Source of the DNA: Macrostomum lignano
Lineage: Eukaryota
DNA length: 61,911 bases
NCBI GenBank assembly: GCA_002269645.1
Contig: NIVC01004067.1
Coordinates: forward strand, 1 to 61,911
Reading direction: 5' to 3'
How positions within the stretch are numbered: position 1 is the stretch's first letter; each line of letters opens with the position of its first letter. This document shows, one piece after another, positions 37,401-49,200 of the stretch. The notes beneath the pieces are model-generated. The model searched no databases. It was not told the origin of the DNA and saw nothing but the letters and a program-made list of their open reading frames with translations. A program made the position numbers and the translations under genes.

Positions 37401-38796
37401 CGAGGCTTGCTTGACTTAGCCTGCAGAATAGGTTTGATGCAATCAAAAGGCTAAACGGTGTCCTTTTAGACTCGCTTTACTTAGGCAGCTACCCACCTCC
37501 AACCCTAATTACAATTGGGTAGTACAGCCATGAGGAAACTTACAAGAAGATGCGCGCTCGGCTTCACAATATCTTCAAGGCAGACTGGTCGACCACCGAC
37601 ATCACGGGTCTTTTTTTCAGAAAATTTAGCAGCAAGTCGCCCAGAGCATCCATATTTGTGGGAGAGCCTTAGCCCATTGTGATTGATGAGTTGGATAACA
37701 CGTGAAGCCGTGAACTCCGTTTTAAATTTCACAAGGCCTGTTGAATAATATGGGTTAGCACGAAAAGTCCTGAATGACAAGATCGCATCCTCGCGACAAT
37801 TGCATTCGTATAGTAGAAACTGTCTAATCCCCTCCATCGTGCAGTTGACAGGCAAATTCCATACGAACATCTCTTTGCCGTCCTTTTCTGCCTCCTGTAT
37901 TTTGTACACGGTGGGTGCTCGGCATTGCATTTGAAATGCTGCGCTATCAGAAAGTTTGATGTCTAATAAAAAATATCGAAGACTCACCCGAGCGAATTCG
38001 ACCTTCAATTGTCCCTGGCTGGCATGTTTCGTGGCTTGCAGCTGCTGAATATTTCTTACTGCCATCTTCGCCCGCTCTGCGTTTCGAAATTCAGCGAAGC
38101 CGGTCCCTAAATGTGAGTGAAAGTTCTTGTTCACTTTTCTTGCTCTTCGACCACAGTTTCTTTGTTTTGAAGCCTTATTTTTTTGGTTTGAAATTGAGTA
38201 CTAGTAGTTCACTATCGTACGAGTATCATTTATCATGATCTATTATAGTAATTACGTAGGTACTCACAATTAAATATTTTAAATTTTCATCACTAATTCA
38301 GGGGTTGCAGCCCAGTGGTCAGCGCGTCGGACTCACGACTGAAAGGTCGGGGTTCGATTCTCGACTCATTCGGAACAATTTGTGTCCTTGAGCAAGACAC
38401 TTAAAACTCTGCATTGATTCAGTTCACCCAGCTGTAAAATGGGTGTCAGCATTACCTGGGGTAATTGAGGGTGTCGGGTTTGCCGGTTGCGTATTAAATT
38501 ATATATATATTATTACAATCGCAAACTAATGCACTTGGCATACTTTGCATGATAAAACAGACTACATAAGAAATTGAAATCGCACCTTTACACTGGCCAG
38601 ATTGCGAATCCAAGATGGTTTGAGCAAACACTATGGAGTGATCAGGAACTCCGGCTTCGTGCGCAATGAGCTGCCGAATTTTCAGATCGGTTGTGCCGGG
38701 AGACAAGCCCCGGATGAAGATTCGGGTGCTGGACATGCGACTGTTACTGCTGGAGTCACTGGTGGGCACGCTGGCGGCGGACGATGAAGCTTGCAT
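34418..38796 (-). CDS. RRM-RRM-TPR-like protein, paralogue B; exons 38796-38586, 38106-37988, 37894-37544, 36907-34418; in-frame TAA at 35857-35855
   Basis: Same intron positions and phases (1,0,0) as paralogue A; RIFIRGL / GTGFAEF RRM1; MFVWNLP RRM2; exon 4 is co-linear with A. Confidence 0.8.
38301..38495 (+). mobile_element. tRNA-derived SINE with CORE-like domain, inside intron 1 of paralogue B
   Basis: A-box-like GCAGCCCAGTGG, B box GGTTCGATTC, then TGTGTCCTTGAGCAAGACACTTAA...CAGTTCACCCAGCTGTAAAATGGG, which resembles the MIR/CORE consensus. Confidence 0.8.
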
Positions 38797-41700
38797 GCTG
38801 AAGCTGTGTTGAGGAACACCTTAACTCTTGGAAGGATGAAGAGTAGAGCGAGCTTGTGTGCTTTGGGTTTGGGGTTAGCTCTACTCATAAGGCCCAGTCA
38901 AGGAGTTCTTAATTTAGCAAGTTTCAAATGGACACTCACGGGGGGGAAGAAACCGATAACAAATATGGCCGCTTGAAAAAGGCTCCTTTGCTTCCCATCC
39001 CTCAGTTCCGCCTTCCCTGCCGAGGCCCGCCTCCATCTCTGGGCCTGCCCAACTCTCCAAAATGTACAGGGGAAACCTAGACCCTAAGAGTTAAATGGGC
39101 TAGTTAGTACGAATTGAGGAACGGAGGAACCGAAAGCAAGCTGGTGTACGTCTCTGTTGTACAACCCCCGTGACCACAGCACTGGCCGTATTTATTGGGA
39201 AAGGGTTTCATTGGGGATTCACTATACTATAGGCCCATAGTGCATCAATGTAAACTCACTTGACTTATCACTGAACTTCTTGGCCAGGGAATACTTTAAA
39301 TATGTATGTAACTCTCCCCACTGCGGGCGGGGCAACCCTGCAACCCACGCCGAGTCACTCCCAAGAGCCAGCCAATTCCTTCCTTAGCCCCAGGCCGAGA
39401 ATTTATCCATATCCAAGTTTTGAAGCTTTAAAGGCGTCGTTTTACAAGGTCGAAATTTCATAAGGAGGAAAACTACTTCATCGTTCTTGTCAAATACATT
39501 TTCGTACTGTCCTTGTGAAATTTGACCTTATGAAGTCCCTTTGCTAGAGTTTTCGATGTTGTGAAATTTCGACCTTATGAAGGAAGGTGCTTTCGACGTT
39601 GTGAAACTTCGAGTTTGTGAAACCCCTCCAATTCAAATACTAGTGGACCCAAAATCAGGCAACAAAATTTACAATTAAAATAGCTAATTTGACAGAAATA
39701 TATCGCATCCCACATACCGTAAAGATACTCTGTGATGGAGACGAATAGAAGTAAATTGCATGCAACACAGTAAATAAAAGGCTTCAAGATACTTCGAGGA
39801 GTTATTTAAACAGGATTTAATGAAATTATTTAAAATTTTATTTTCATTTACCTATAAGGTTTTAACGTAAGCTTGAAGGATTCAAATTGGCTGGCTTGCG
39901 AACACTTGCAGTCGTTTTATTTCGATCTGAGATGTGGACTTGCGCTTGCCAACGAGCAATGGCCGATTAGTCGTAATTAGCAAAGTGGCGTTCTTCTAAT
40001 AAATGAGTTCTAAGTTCCAATAGAAGATAAGGGAAGAAAGAAGACATGAGCGTGCATGAATAACGGCCGAGAGAGCAGACACATGTGTACAGATTTTACA
40101 TTATACGACGACTTTTTAGGCCAGCGATATTTACCTTTCTATTCATTTTATGGCAACGCATGCTCTTCGCACTGTCACTGTCCTTTCTGTGCCTAATCTT
40201 TTCTGAAGAGTGAACACTAGACATTTTCATAAGTTAAGTATTCTGGTCAAACCGAGTTTTACTCAGTTGGTCCCATAGATCTTATATTCCTATCATAGAT
40301 CTGTTAAAAGGTAAAGGTGTACGAGACGTCGTATGGTTTTGGTTGGTCCTCAGTTTAAAGTCGAATTGAATTCTCCGTAGCTCTGTCAAAAAATCTTTTG
40401 ACTCCGTATTTTGTTACCACTTGTGTTGGCGGTAAGGCGTTTAAACTGTGGGATGAGCTGGCTTGGGGTTGGTGTATTAGGAGGCGGGCTTCGTTGTTAT
40501 GAATTTTATGAAGTGTCGGTCTTGTGAAGGATCATGCAGTAGTTTTCGACGCTGTGAAATTTCGGTCTTGTGAAGGCAGGTGTCTTTCGGAGTTATAAAC
40601 TTTGGTCTTATGAAATTGACCCTTTATTCCTGTCTCATTTTGTGACCCTAAGATGTCTTGTCTTCTCAGATTTTTTCTTTCGCTTTTCTTTATCTGACTG
40701 ATAATTGTTTCGCAACCATAAATTCGCTTGCAAGTGGCACTGAAAGCTAGCTTGTTTATTGTTCTTACGTGTATATTCTATAAGGACTGATTCAAGTGCC
40801 TGTGGGTTAACGCTCCACCAAGCTCAGTGAGCAAAAAATACGAGCGTAATTTCTTCCCGTGAATACAATGTGCCAGACCTGCTGGGTGAGTACCGCGATG
40901 CAAAAGCTGCTGTGCCAATATCAGACGGCTTAGACGATGCTACAGGTGGGAAACTCTGGTGCTCGACCTCGACGGGGTGCTGCTCTTCCCACCAATGATG
41001 ACGGCTTTCGGTTGTCGGAGAGTCGGCTTAGCATGGTTGGCTGCGTCGAAAAGCTCTGCGCAGAAGACCTCTGTGCTCTGCGTTGCAGACGACATCAAAA
41101 CTGATGTCATCTGCCGAGGCGCGGAGTTCAGCAGTTCTTCTACCTTGGCTGCCTGTTTCAGGGCCGTCGGTGGAAATCTGCGGCGTCGCCGCGGGCTTGC
41201 CTGGGCTCGCTTTCTTAAAGCGACGCCAATCCTGCAGTTCGAGACAGAGAGCGACGTTTGGTCAGGCGGTGGTCGAGGCCATCCTGTTTTAAACGTCGAA
41301 ACCTGGACGCTGACGGGCTCGTTCGAACAGCATCTTGAAGGCACACGCACCGCCTATAGTATGCTCCTGTTATACTAGAACGTGCATACGAATAGCATTA
41401 GCAGTAGAACTACAATCCCCCTAACAATTGTTTTTGCTGCGCCGGAACGGAGCAACGTAGGCACACAAAATTCAAGAACACGGAGTAACTTCTTGTTCCG
41501 CACTTTCTCAAACAAGAATAAATACTCGATACAGATATTCGACGATTCTGCCAAAAGGTCGGATTTTTTCATAAGTGCCAGTGTATTCAGTACACCCCTG
41601 CGTGCGCAAATCAGCACTGCGCCTCAGTGCAGCCTTGCCAAGCCTCCAAAATTCGTTTGCACATCGATCACATGTGTCTGCATCAGCTCTGACTTCGTTG

Positions 41701-43119
41701 ATCATTGGCTTTCACCCAGGCGGAGCTTCTAGATCTTCAACAGGTGGCACCAGGTGACTATGGACACGCTGTTACAAATTTCTCGAGTTTCGCTGATCAA
41801 GCCTTGACAGTGGGCAAACCTCAACTACTGGACATCCTCAGATAGTCTCTCAAGCATTCAGTTATCACCTGGACGCCGTCGAAAACTTCAACAGATGACA
41901 CCAGACGATTATGGACATCCTGTTGCAACAATGTTCGACGGGCGGAAAAAATAGCTTGGTATTCCTACTGTTAGTAGGGGGGCATTGGGAGTTAGAATTA
42001 GTAGGGAACTTTTAATAAATTAATTTCTAGAAGGTCGGGTTGTTACAGGGTAAATATCGATATTACAAAAACACTAAAGGACACAATAGGAAAATTCCAA
42101 CAACAAATGCATCTTAAATGACGCTGTTGCATCCTGGTTGCATCTTGGTAGAACTTATTGACCTCCAATTCACTTTGGAGCAGCATTTTGCCAAAACGAA
42201 GAAGAAGCTCTCGAGTGAAATATGAATGTTCGCTTCCTATGATTGGGTGAGAAGGCACTTTCAGCTTCTCCACCCAGCTTCAAAAATTTTAAAGTGTTTG
42301 TCGGTCTTTTCTGATCAAGCTTTTTAAGAGCTTTCTCAGCGGACACTGCTCCGATGATTTGAATACTGCGAAATTTCACGGATTGAATGGAGTTCCATGA
42401 AGTTAATTTTTTGGCCACGTTGACAAAGCGGATGGTGAGTCAAGTGATCAGGAGGCAACTTCAGAAATTTAATGGCAGTGGGACCTAGGAGTTACTGCAA
42501 GCCTATTGTTTAATGAATGAAGCTGATGCTGACTCCTTTCGAGTGTTTTAAACGTCATTATAGACGCCTCACATGCTGGAGCTGCTTCGCAGCCAGTGGC
42601 AGCCGTTAAAATCACTTGTTAGACTGAACAGAGGAAATATTGAGAGCAAATTTTGCAGCGAGTACAGGAAAGTCAAGGACTCAGACTAAGCAGGTATCGA
42701 ATCAACTTTGCGAATGTACAGATGAAAGTCATCTACAGATGAAGGGCATTGGAGTGTACAAATGACCACAAACTTTATTGAGCACTATCAATAAACTACT
42801 CGATGCCTCCAACTCCAAACATCTAGTGAATGAAGGTGCTAAATAGGCTTTAAAAAGTGACAACCAGGCTGACTGGGTCAATTTTTTCACCGACCTGATC
42901 GTTATACTCAAAAGTCTTGATTGAAACTTCTATCGGAAGCTAATTACGAGCTATTTTTAATAGAAATTTTAAATCGACGTTTAAACATTTTTCTGTATAA
43001 GTCACATTCGAAAGCTTTACATCAGTTTCCTGGCTTTCTTAATCGACTCGATTTTTTGTGCCTTATGATTACAAAACACATTAAACCTATTCTTTTTCGT
43101 AAATCTAACGTAGCATGAA

Positions 43120-43456
43120 TCTTCGTAAACCGAGTGGTCTAGCGCAGCGCTCTTCTGCTCGCATGCGCCAGCGGCCCAGGCTCGATTCCAAGTGCAGTCA
43201 CATTAATTTGGGGCTAAATTGGAATATGGACCAACCCCAAAACACACTGAAGTGTACATGCCTAACGATAAATAAAGTCAGGGCCGCTGTGAACTCCTGT
43301 GTGAGTGCGTGGCTGTCCGTATGACTGCGTACGTATCCTTGCGCTTGTGTGCCTGCTCAGGGAAGTCGGCGGAATGAGCGGTAATGCCTCTCGCCGGTTG
43401 TGACAATGTCGCTTAAATTGCGTCAGGGTGCACGCAGCCCCCTGCCTCTGATTTAA
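43120..43456 (+). mobile_element. tRNA-derived SINE, near full length (second family)
   Basis: A-box-like TAAACCGAGTGG and B-box-like GGCTCGATTCC; body recurs in reverse orientation at 47863-48168 and 21589-21745. Confidence 0.75.
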
Positions 43457-43753
43457 AATCAATTTCCTAAGGGAAAAGTCCCTTAGGATAAAAATGGCAG
43501 ATTTTACCGGAATTTACAAAGTGGTTTCTAGACTGCACTGCCTCTAAGATTAACTAGCCAACTAACTAAATAAACACGCACCCGGATTGGCTGGTTGAGC
43601 TGCCCAATAAAATCATTCAGAACATCAAAGAAGCATCTGCAGGGCAAATTCAATAAAAAGTTCAGAGCTGCATTCAAGCATCAGGCCAGCACAGACAAAG
43701 CTCTGGCATCCCATCAATTCTGAGAAACAGCAAGGCTTTGCAGAAAATAAATT

Positions 43754-44521
43754 ATGCGGTGCAACGAAGCGCTCCTGCTGCTGGTTTGTACGGCTTTGCC
43801 CTCTAGTCAAGCACTGCAGACTGTGTTCAGTTCCGCCAGATTGCACAGCGACTTGGCTCCCGTGGCCACGGAGACGGCACTGGGCAGCAGCAGGCTCAAG
43901 TGCTCTGAAGGCTGCAGTTTGAGGCCGTTCTGCTTCGGCTTCAGCTGGCTGCGGGGTTTGTGCCGCTTTTTCAACGTGTCGGCATTCTATAATGAGGCTG
44001 CCTGGAACAGCACAGAGCCCTGCCATGTTTACACAATGAAGTTCAGTAAGTAGGAGTTTCATATCTGATTGTAGTACCTGTTTGTACCTGTGATTACCCC
44101 CAGTGACTTCTCTTGTCTGACGAAAATTGCAGCCAAACTGAACTTTGTCACCTGCAATCAGAGCACCGTAGCTCAAGGCGGAGTTTGCGAGAGAGCCTTC
44201 GACGGAAATAAGAACCAGAACTGGTGGGGTGGCCTCGGGTGCATCCTGACCCAGGTTGGCGTGCCCGGCTGGTGGGAGGCCGAGCTGGCCACCGCCGCCC
44301 GCATCTCGCACGTCACCATCGTCAACAGGCTGGACTGCTGCAGCAGCCGGCACAACAAGATGTCGTTGCGCGTGGACGATGTGGAGTGCTGCCGAATGAA
44401 TCTTGCCGTGACATTCTCAACTGCCAACTTCAGCTGCAACGCCTTCGGCAGTAGGTTCGGCATGTACAACCTGCAGTCGCACGAGCTCTCCCTGTGCGAG
44501 GTGGAGATTTTCGGGCAGTAA
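43754..44521 (+). CDS. Secreted PAN/apple + F-type lectin (fucolectin-like) protein; exons 43754-44045 and 44133-44521; about 226 aa
   Basis: Signal peptide MRCNEALLLLVCTALPSSQA; PAN cysteines CSEGCSLRPFCFGFSWLRGLCRFF; phase-1 intron A|GTAAGT...CTGAC...TTGCAG|CC (87 nt); F-type motifs RAFDGN, GWWEAEL, NRLDCCSSR, LSLCEVEIF. Confidence 0.82.
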
Positions 44522-44589
44522 CGAGAATAACAAAATCAAAAACAGAAAACTGTCGAACTCGAATATTCTGTCGTCTTTTACTTTGCCTT

Positions 44590-46655
44590 AGAAAGCAGAT
44601 TCTTATGTCCCACCAGATAGGCTAAAACACCGTCTCATAGCTGAATTTGAAAAGTTTATCTGTAAAGCTCAAGGATACGTTAAAAAGAGGAGCAATAGAC
44701 TGTGCACCAGGCTCTGAACGGCCTTAAGAACAATGAAAATATCAAGATTGTTGGCTTTGATAAAGGCTATGGCGTTGCTGCTTTAGATAGTAAGGATTAT
44801 TTTGACAAACTTGAGAAAGTGATCCAGGACAAACTCAAGTTTCAATGCCTTGCTACCGATGATCAAGTCACTATGGCTCACCCGGTTTAAAAAATGAGAA
44901 ATCTCTTCAGAATTTTTTGAGAACTTACGTTAAGCCACACGTGACCCTTGAGATCTTTAAGTTGATTGTCCCAAATGGTAGCCAACCTGGACAATTGTAC
45001 GGTCTGTGCAAAGTTCATAAGGATGGTCACCCTTTAAGACCTATTGTTTCGATGATCAACACTACGGAGTATGAGCTAGCTAAATTCCTTGACAATTTAA
45101 TTAAACCTGTTATCCCTTCTGAGCACTGTGTGAGTTCCAATCAACAGTTTATCGAGAGCCTCAGCAATACCACGATTAATCAAACTGACAGGCTTTATAG
45201 CTTTGATGTTGTTCCTCTGTTCACCAAAATCCCTCTCGAATTCACCATTGAGCTGGCTGCTGATCTTGTGTATGAAAAAGCCAATCCACCTCCTTTCTCT
45301 AAAGCCACTTTTAAGAAGATGCTCAAATTCGCCACCTCCGGCATCTTTCTTTTTCGGGACAAATATTACAGACATATTGATGGGTGTGCCATGGGCAGCC
45401 CTCTCGCCCCAACCCTCGCTAATTTGTGCATGACCCACTGGGAAAAGGACTGGATGGCCCTCCCTTGTGCGCCTCACTTCTACAAACGCTACGTCGATGA
45501 CACGTTTGCGATCTTTGAGGACGAAGCTAAGAAGGACGAGTTTTTTAAGTTAATCAATTCTACTCATGAGAATATCAAATTCACGGTGGAGGGAGGAGGC
45601 AGAAGACTTCCTTTCTTAGACATTGACGTTGACGCCACCGATGAAACTATTTCGACCAGCGTGTATAGGAAACCTAGCTTTACCGGGCTTATGCTTAGGT
45701 TTGACGCCTTGTGCCCTAGACAATGGAAAACCGGATTGATTCGTAGCTTTCTTCACCGGGCTTTTTCCACTTGCAGCTCTTGGAGACTTTTCCACAACGA
45801 AGTTGAAATCCTCACCAATCTGCTCAGCTACAATGGCTATCCTAAGAACTTTGTGATGAAAATTGTCAACTCTTTTCTCAATGACAAACTGACTGAACCT
45901 ACTCGGATCATCGGATGAAAGTTCGTGATTCCACCTCTGAATGTCCCTTGATCACTTTGCCTTACTTTGGTGTTTGTTCTGTAGAGTTTAAAAAGAAGTT
46001 AGAAAAGCTGCTCCGTAAAGACTTAAACACTCAAATCCGTGTTGTGTTTCGCACCGAAAAGATTGCTAAGTTCGTCTGCAAGTTGAAATCCAGTGTTCCA
46101 CGTCCTCTCGCGGCTGGTGTCGTGTATAAATTTGTTTGCTCTGAGGACCAGAGATTCTCCTACATAGGAAAAACTAAACGACACTTATGCACGAGGGTCA
46201 GAGAGCACTGGCTAAAAACTCTGCTATTAACGAACACCTGCTAACCTGCAATTCTTGTTGTGAGGCTGAACGACACGAAATGATAAAGGCTATTGATTTT
46301 TGTAATAGAGATCACATGCTCTGCCTATTAGAAGCCCTGTACATTAAGACCAAACAGCCCACGTTAAATAACCAGCTTGCGATGGGTGGGGCCAGCCGTC
46401 AACTCAGAATTTTTAGCTGATTTGTCAATGACCGGACTGGCTTGAAACTGATATGCACTTTACCCAACCAATACTGTATCAAAAAATTGACTACTATGTA
46501 CAAGTTTTAAATCATCAATTAAAAACTCAATTCAATTACTCTTGTTACTCTCAACTATCTGTATATACTGAATATTCGTTCAAATTGTTTCTTAAATAAA
46601 AAGACCCTGACGATGTCCTAATGCAAATAGACGAAATGCATCGGCAATAAAACTA
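44590..46655 (+). mobile_element. Penelope-like retroelement (RT + GIY-YIG endonuclease), 5'-truncated, several frameshifts
   Basis: FDKG, LYGLCKVHK..PLRPIVS, SFDVVPLFT, CAMGSPLAPTLAN, YKRYVDD, FLDI, GVVYKFVC...YIGKTKRHLCTRVREH, LEALYIK..QPTLN. Breaks near 44700, 44888, 45912 and 46215. Confidence 0.93.
46605..46644 (+). ncRNA. Minimal type I hammerhead ribozyme motif at the 3' end of the Penelope-like element
   Basis: CC-CTGACGA(46607-46613)-T-GTC...GAC-GAAA-TGCA-TC^GG with palindromic ATGCAT helix III; AATAAA follows. Predicted cleavage after 46642. Confidence 0.75.
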
Positions 46656-47862
46656 AATAAATACAATTTATGTTGATTCTTACTTTTATAGATTCTTATG
46701 TTTATTCCGAACTGGAACTTCAAGTTACACATCAGACTGTCAAATCCTTTCTTGTATTTTTTGCTTTTTTGCTTCTTTTCGCTGATATATCGGCAAGAGT
46801 GGAGCTTTAAATTATGCAATTTTCCAATAGTAAGCTTACGGAAAACATAAATAGCTTGCAGCAGAAGTTGCAGAAAAACCATTTGATTATTGATGCAGGG
46901 GAGTTCAGGCTCGATGAAATCGAAGGAAAAAGAGCCAGGCTTCTGACAATGCTTTGAAGGGGCTGCTTTGAACAGCCCCTTGTCATTGTTGAGATCCAGC
47001 AGCCCATGCTGCTTCCACTTTGCTTACTCATTTTCCATTCCCAGCCCAGCAACAGTTGGACAGAATGCGATTTAGGGTGGGTTCAAGCAAGAATGCCCTT
47101 GAGGTCGTGCGGAGACGTCTTGTTGAGCTTCTTTTTTCATTTTTTACCGCCTGAAGATTGAAAGAATAGGCTGAATGCCGCACTCTCCAATCCCTATCGG
47201 CTCCTCTGTTGAAATATATTTTTTTAGTTAAAGTTGACTGACTACTCTCGTACACATAAATAAAAGTTCTAGGGTTTTGGATTCTCAAGTATTTTTCTAC
47301 TGTCTTTTCAAACTCCATAATTTGAAATATATATAGGCAAAAATCTACTTAAAAATTGTGGTAAACTGCATAAAAACCTTGAACTTCTAAAGCCTTTTTG
47401 ATAGTTCAGTATCGTCTAATGCGCAAAATTAGCTTTGTTAAAGCACCTTCAAGTTAGAAAGATGAGATGCTGCGGTCGCAGGTGGTTGCTAAGGAGAGTT
47501 CAGTCTCAGCTCTGAATCAGCCAGTCCCCCACCCCCAAAAAAGCTCAAAGCCAACTCTTATAGAAGTTGGAGAAGACTCTCAGCCGAAGGGAAATCCTAC
47601 CTGCTTATTTACTTATTCAGGTAAGAGTTTCTGCCGCTCTTCCAGCAGCACTTCAAACACAGCAAAATGCAGCCACGTATAACAAAACTGAACGGCAGCT
47701 CTAGGATGCCTTCTATGAATGACTCTTTAGCTTCAGTAGTCTGCTTGCTGTTTGCTTTCACTTTGCAAGTCATTTTCCATTCTGGAGTGCTAGCTGGGCT
47801 TCCTGCCGCTCATCTTTTGCAGAGAAAGTAAAAAAACCTAGTAGACAATGTAAAGTTGATAG

Positions 47863-48168
47863 TTTAGGCGACATTGTCACACAACCGGCGAGAGGCATTA
47901 GCCCATTCCGCCGACTCCCCTGAGCAGGCACACAAACGCAAGGATACGTACGCAGTCATACGCACAGGCACACACTCACACAGGAGTGTACAGCGGCCCT
48001 AACTTCATTTAATCGTTAGGCTTGTACACTTCGATCACTGTGCCTTGGGGGTTGGCTCAAGGGGGTTGGGCGTTAATTGCAGGAGCAGGGTCAAGCCGGT
48101 ATTCTAATTTAGCTCCAAATTAATTTGACCGCACTTGAAATCGAGCCTGAGCCGCTAGTACATGAGAG
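47863..48168 (-). mobile_element. SINE copy (family of 43120-43456) with an internal insertion
   Basis: Reverse-complement match to both head and body of 43120-43456. Confidence 0.75.
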
Positions 48169-49200
48169 CCCCCTTTACCCATGGAGTTCGTAAGGTGATT
48201 AGTTAGACTGATTTCAGATTTATTCAGTCAAATTTAGAATTAAAAAGTGCAAGTATATTGTCTAATTTACACATTTACACTAGGCGTGCTTCGTGGGCCT
48301 TAGTGTAGTGTAAGGTGTGTTAACCACCCCTTGCGCCCTCCTCTCTCGGCCCCTCCGGAAATCAATTGTTTGATTTTTATTTGGCCTTGTGTGTGCAGTT
48401 GCTCTGACTTTTATTTGTCTGAGTCGCCTTCCCTTGCTCGTCGCTGCTTAGTGCTTGCTGCCATCCCGCCGCCTTTGCTTTCTGGTGGTGTGGTCGCGGG
48501 TCAAGTTTACACTCAGCCACAGCTAACTCTCCTGGCGCGGCGCGGCGAGGCTGTCGCTCAGCAGAGTTGCGCAACAGCCACTGCGCCTCAGCAGTAGGCT
48601 GCAGCAGTAAAGTGCATCGTATCACAAAAAGTACACATGTAGACAGTCTCTCACTCGATGTCAGTAGCGCGTGTACGCCCTAGCACAATAGCTAACCAGC
48701 CGCACATCCCATGCATGTACTGTTGTTAAGCGCCTGTAACAATGGACTAAAAACTGCTGTACAATTTGTCCTGTGTCAATGCGTAGATGCTGAATGCATG
48801 TATCAATCTGAAAAATGTCTTTATTTACATGTGTTGTACATGCGTTGATAAATAAGATAAAATGCGTCTCTGTCCATACCTGTGTCACTTTCTGGCCTAA
48901 AGTCAGAGATCGTCTACTAAATAGTAGCAAGGAAATAATATGAAGTTAATCTATTGCAGAGAGTGTTTGATAGTTAAATAGAATTTCAAAAGTGTGTCCG
49001 GAGGTGAGGTCCCAGCTCAACGGTTTAAGACCAGCAGAGAAAAGACTCAGAAATATCAAATGTACCAATAGCATTGCCTTTCTGCACGAAGAAGGTCTAT
49101 GGTACGATATAGCTATTCCCATCCGATTTGCTCATGTCCGTGAGCTAAAGGTCCGTGGATTGCAATGTGAATCGGACACGAGATTCGTTTCTTGGCCCGC

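Noticed and set aside
38301-38372. Possible tRNA gene
   Set aside because: Has A/B boxes and an anticodon-like arm but no convincing acceptor stem, and it runs into a CORE-like SINE body.
39430-40625. Scattered copies of TGTGAAATTTCG(A/G)(C/T)CTT(A/G)TGAAG, possibly transposon subterminal repeats
   Set aside because: Mostly in one orientation and I could not find TIRs or a TSD, so no element could be delimited.
40940-41757. GC-rich ORFs on both strands (136, 139, 116 aa)
   Set aside because: No motif recognised and no gene model could be built; may be exons or decayed elements, but unsupported.
46807-47682. Short ORFs and a CAG|GTAAGA donor-like site near 47620
   Set aside because: No recognisable product and no partner exon identified.
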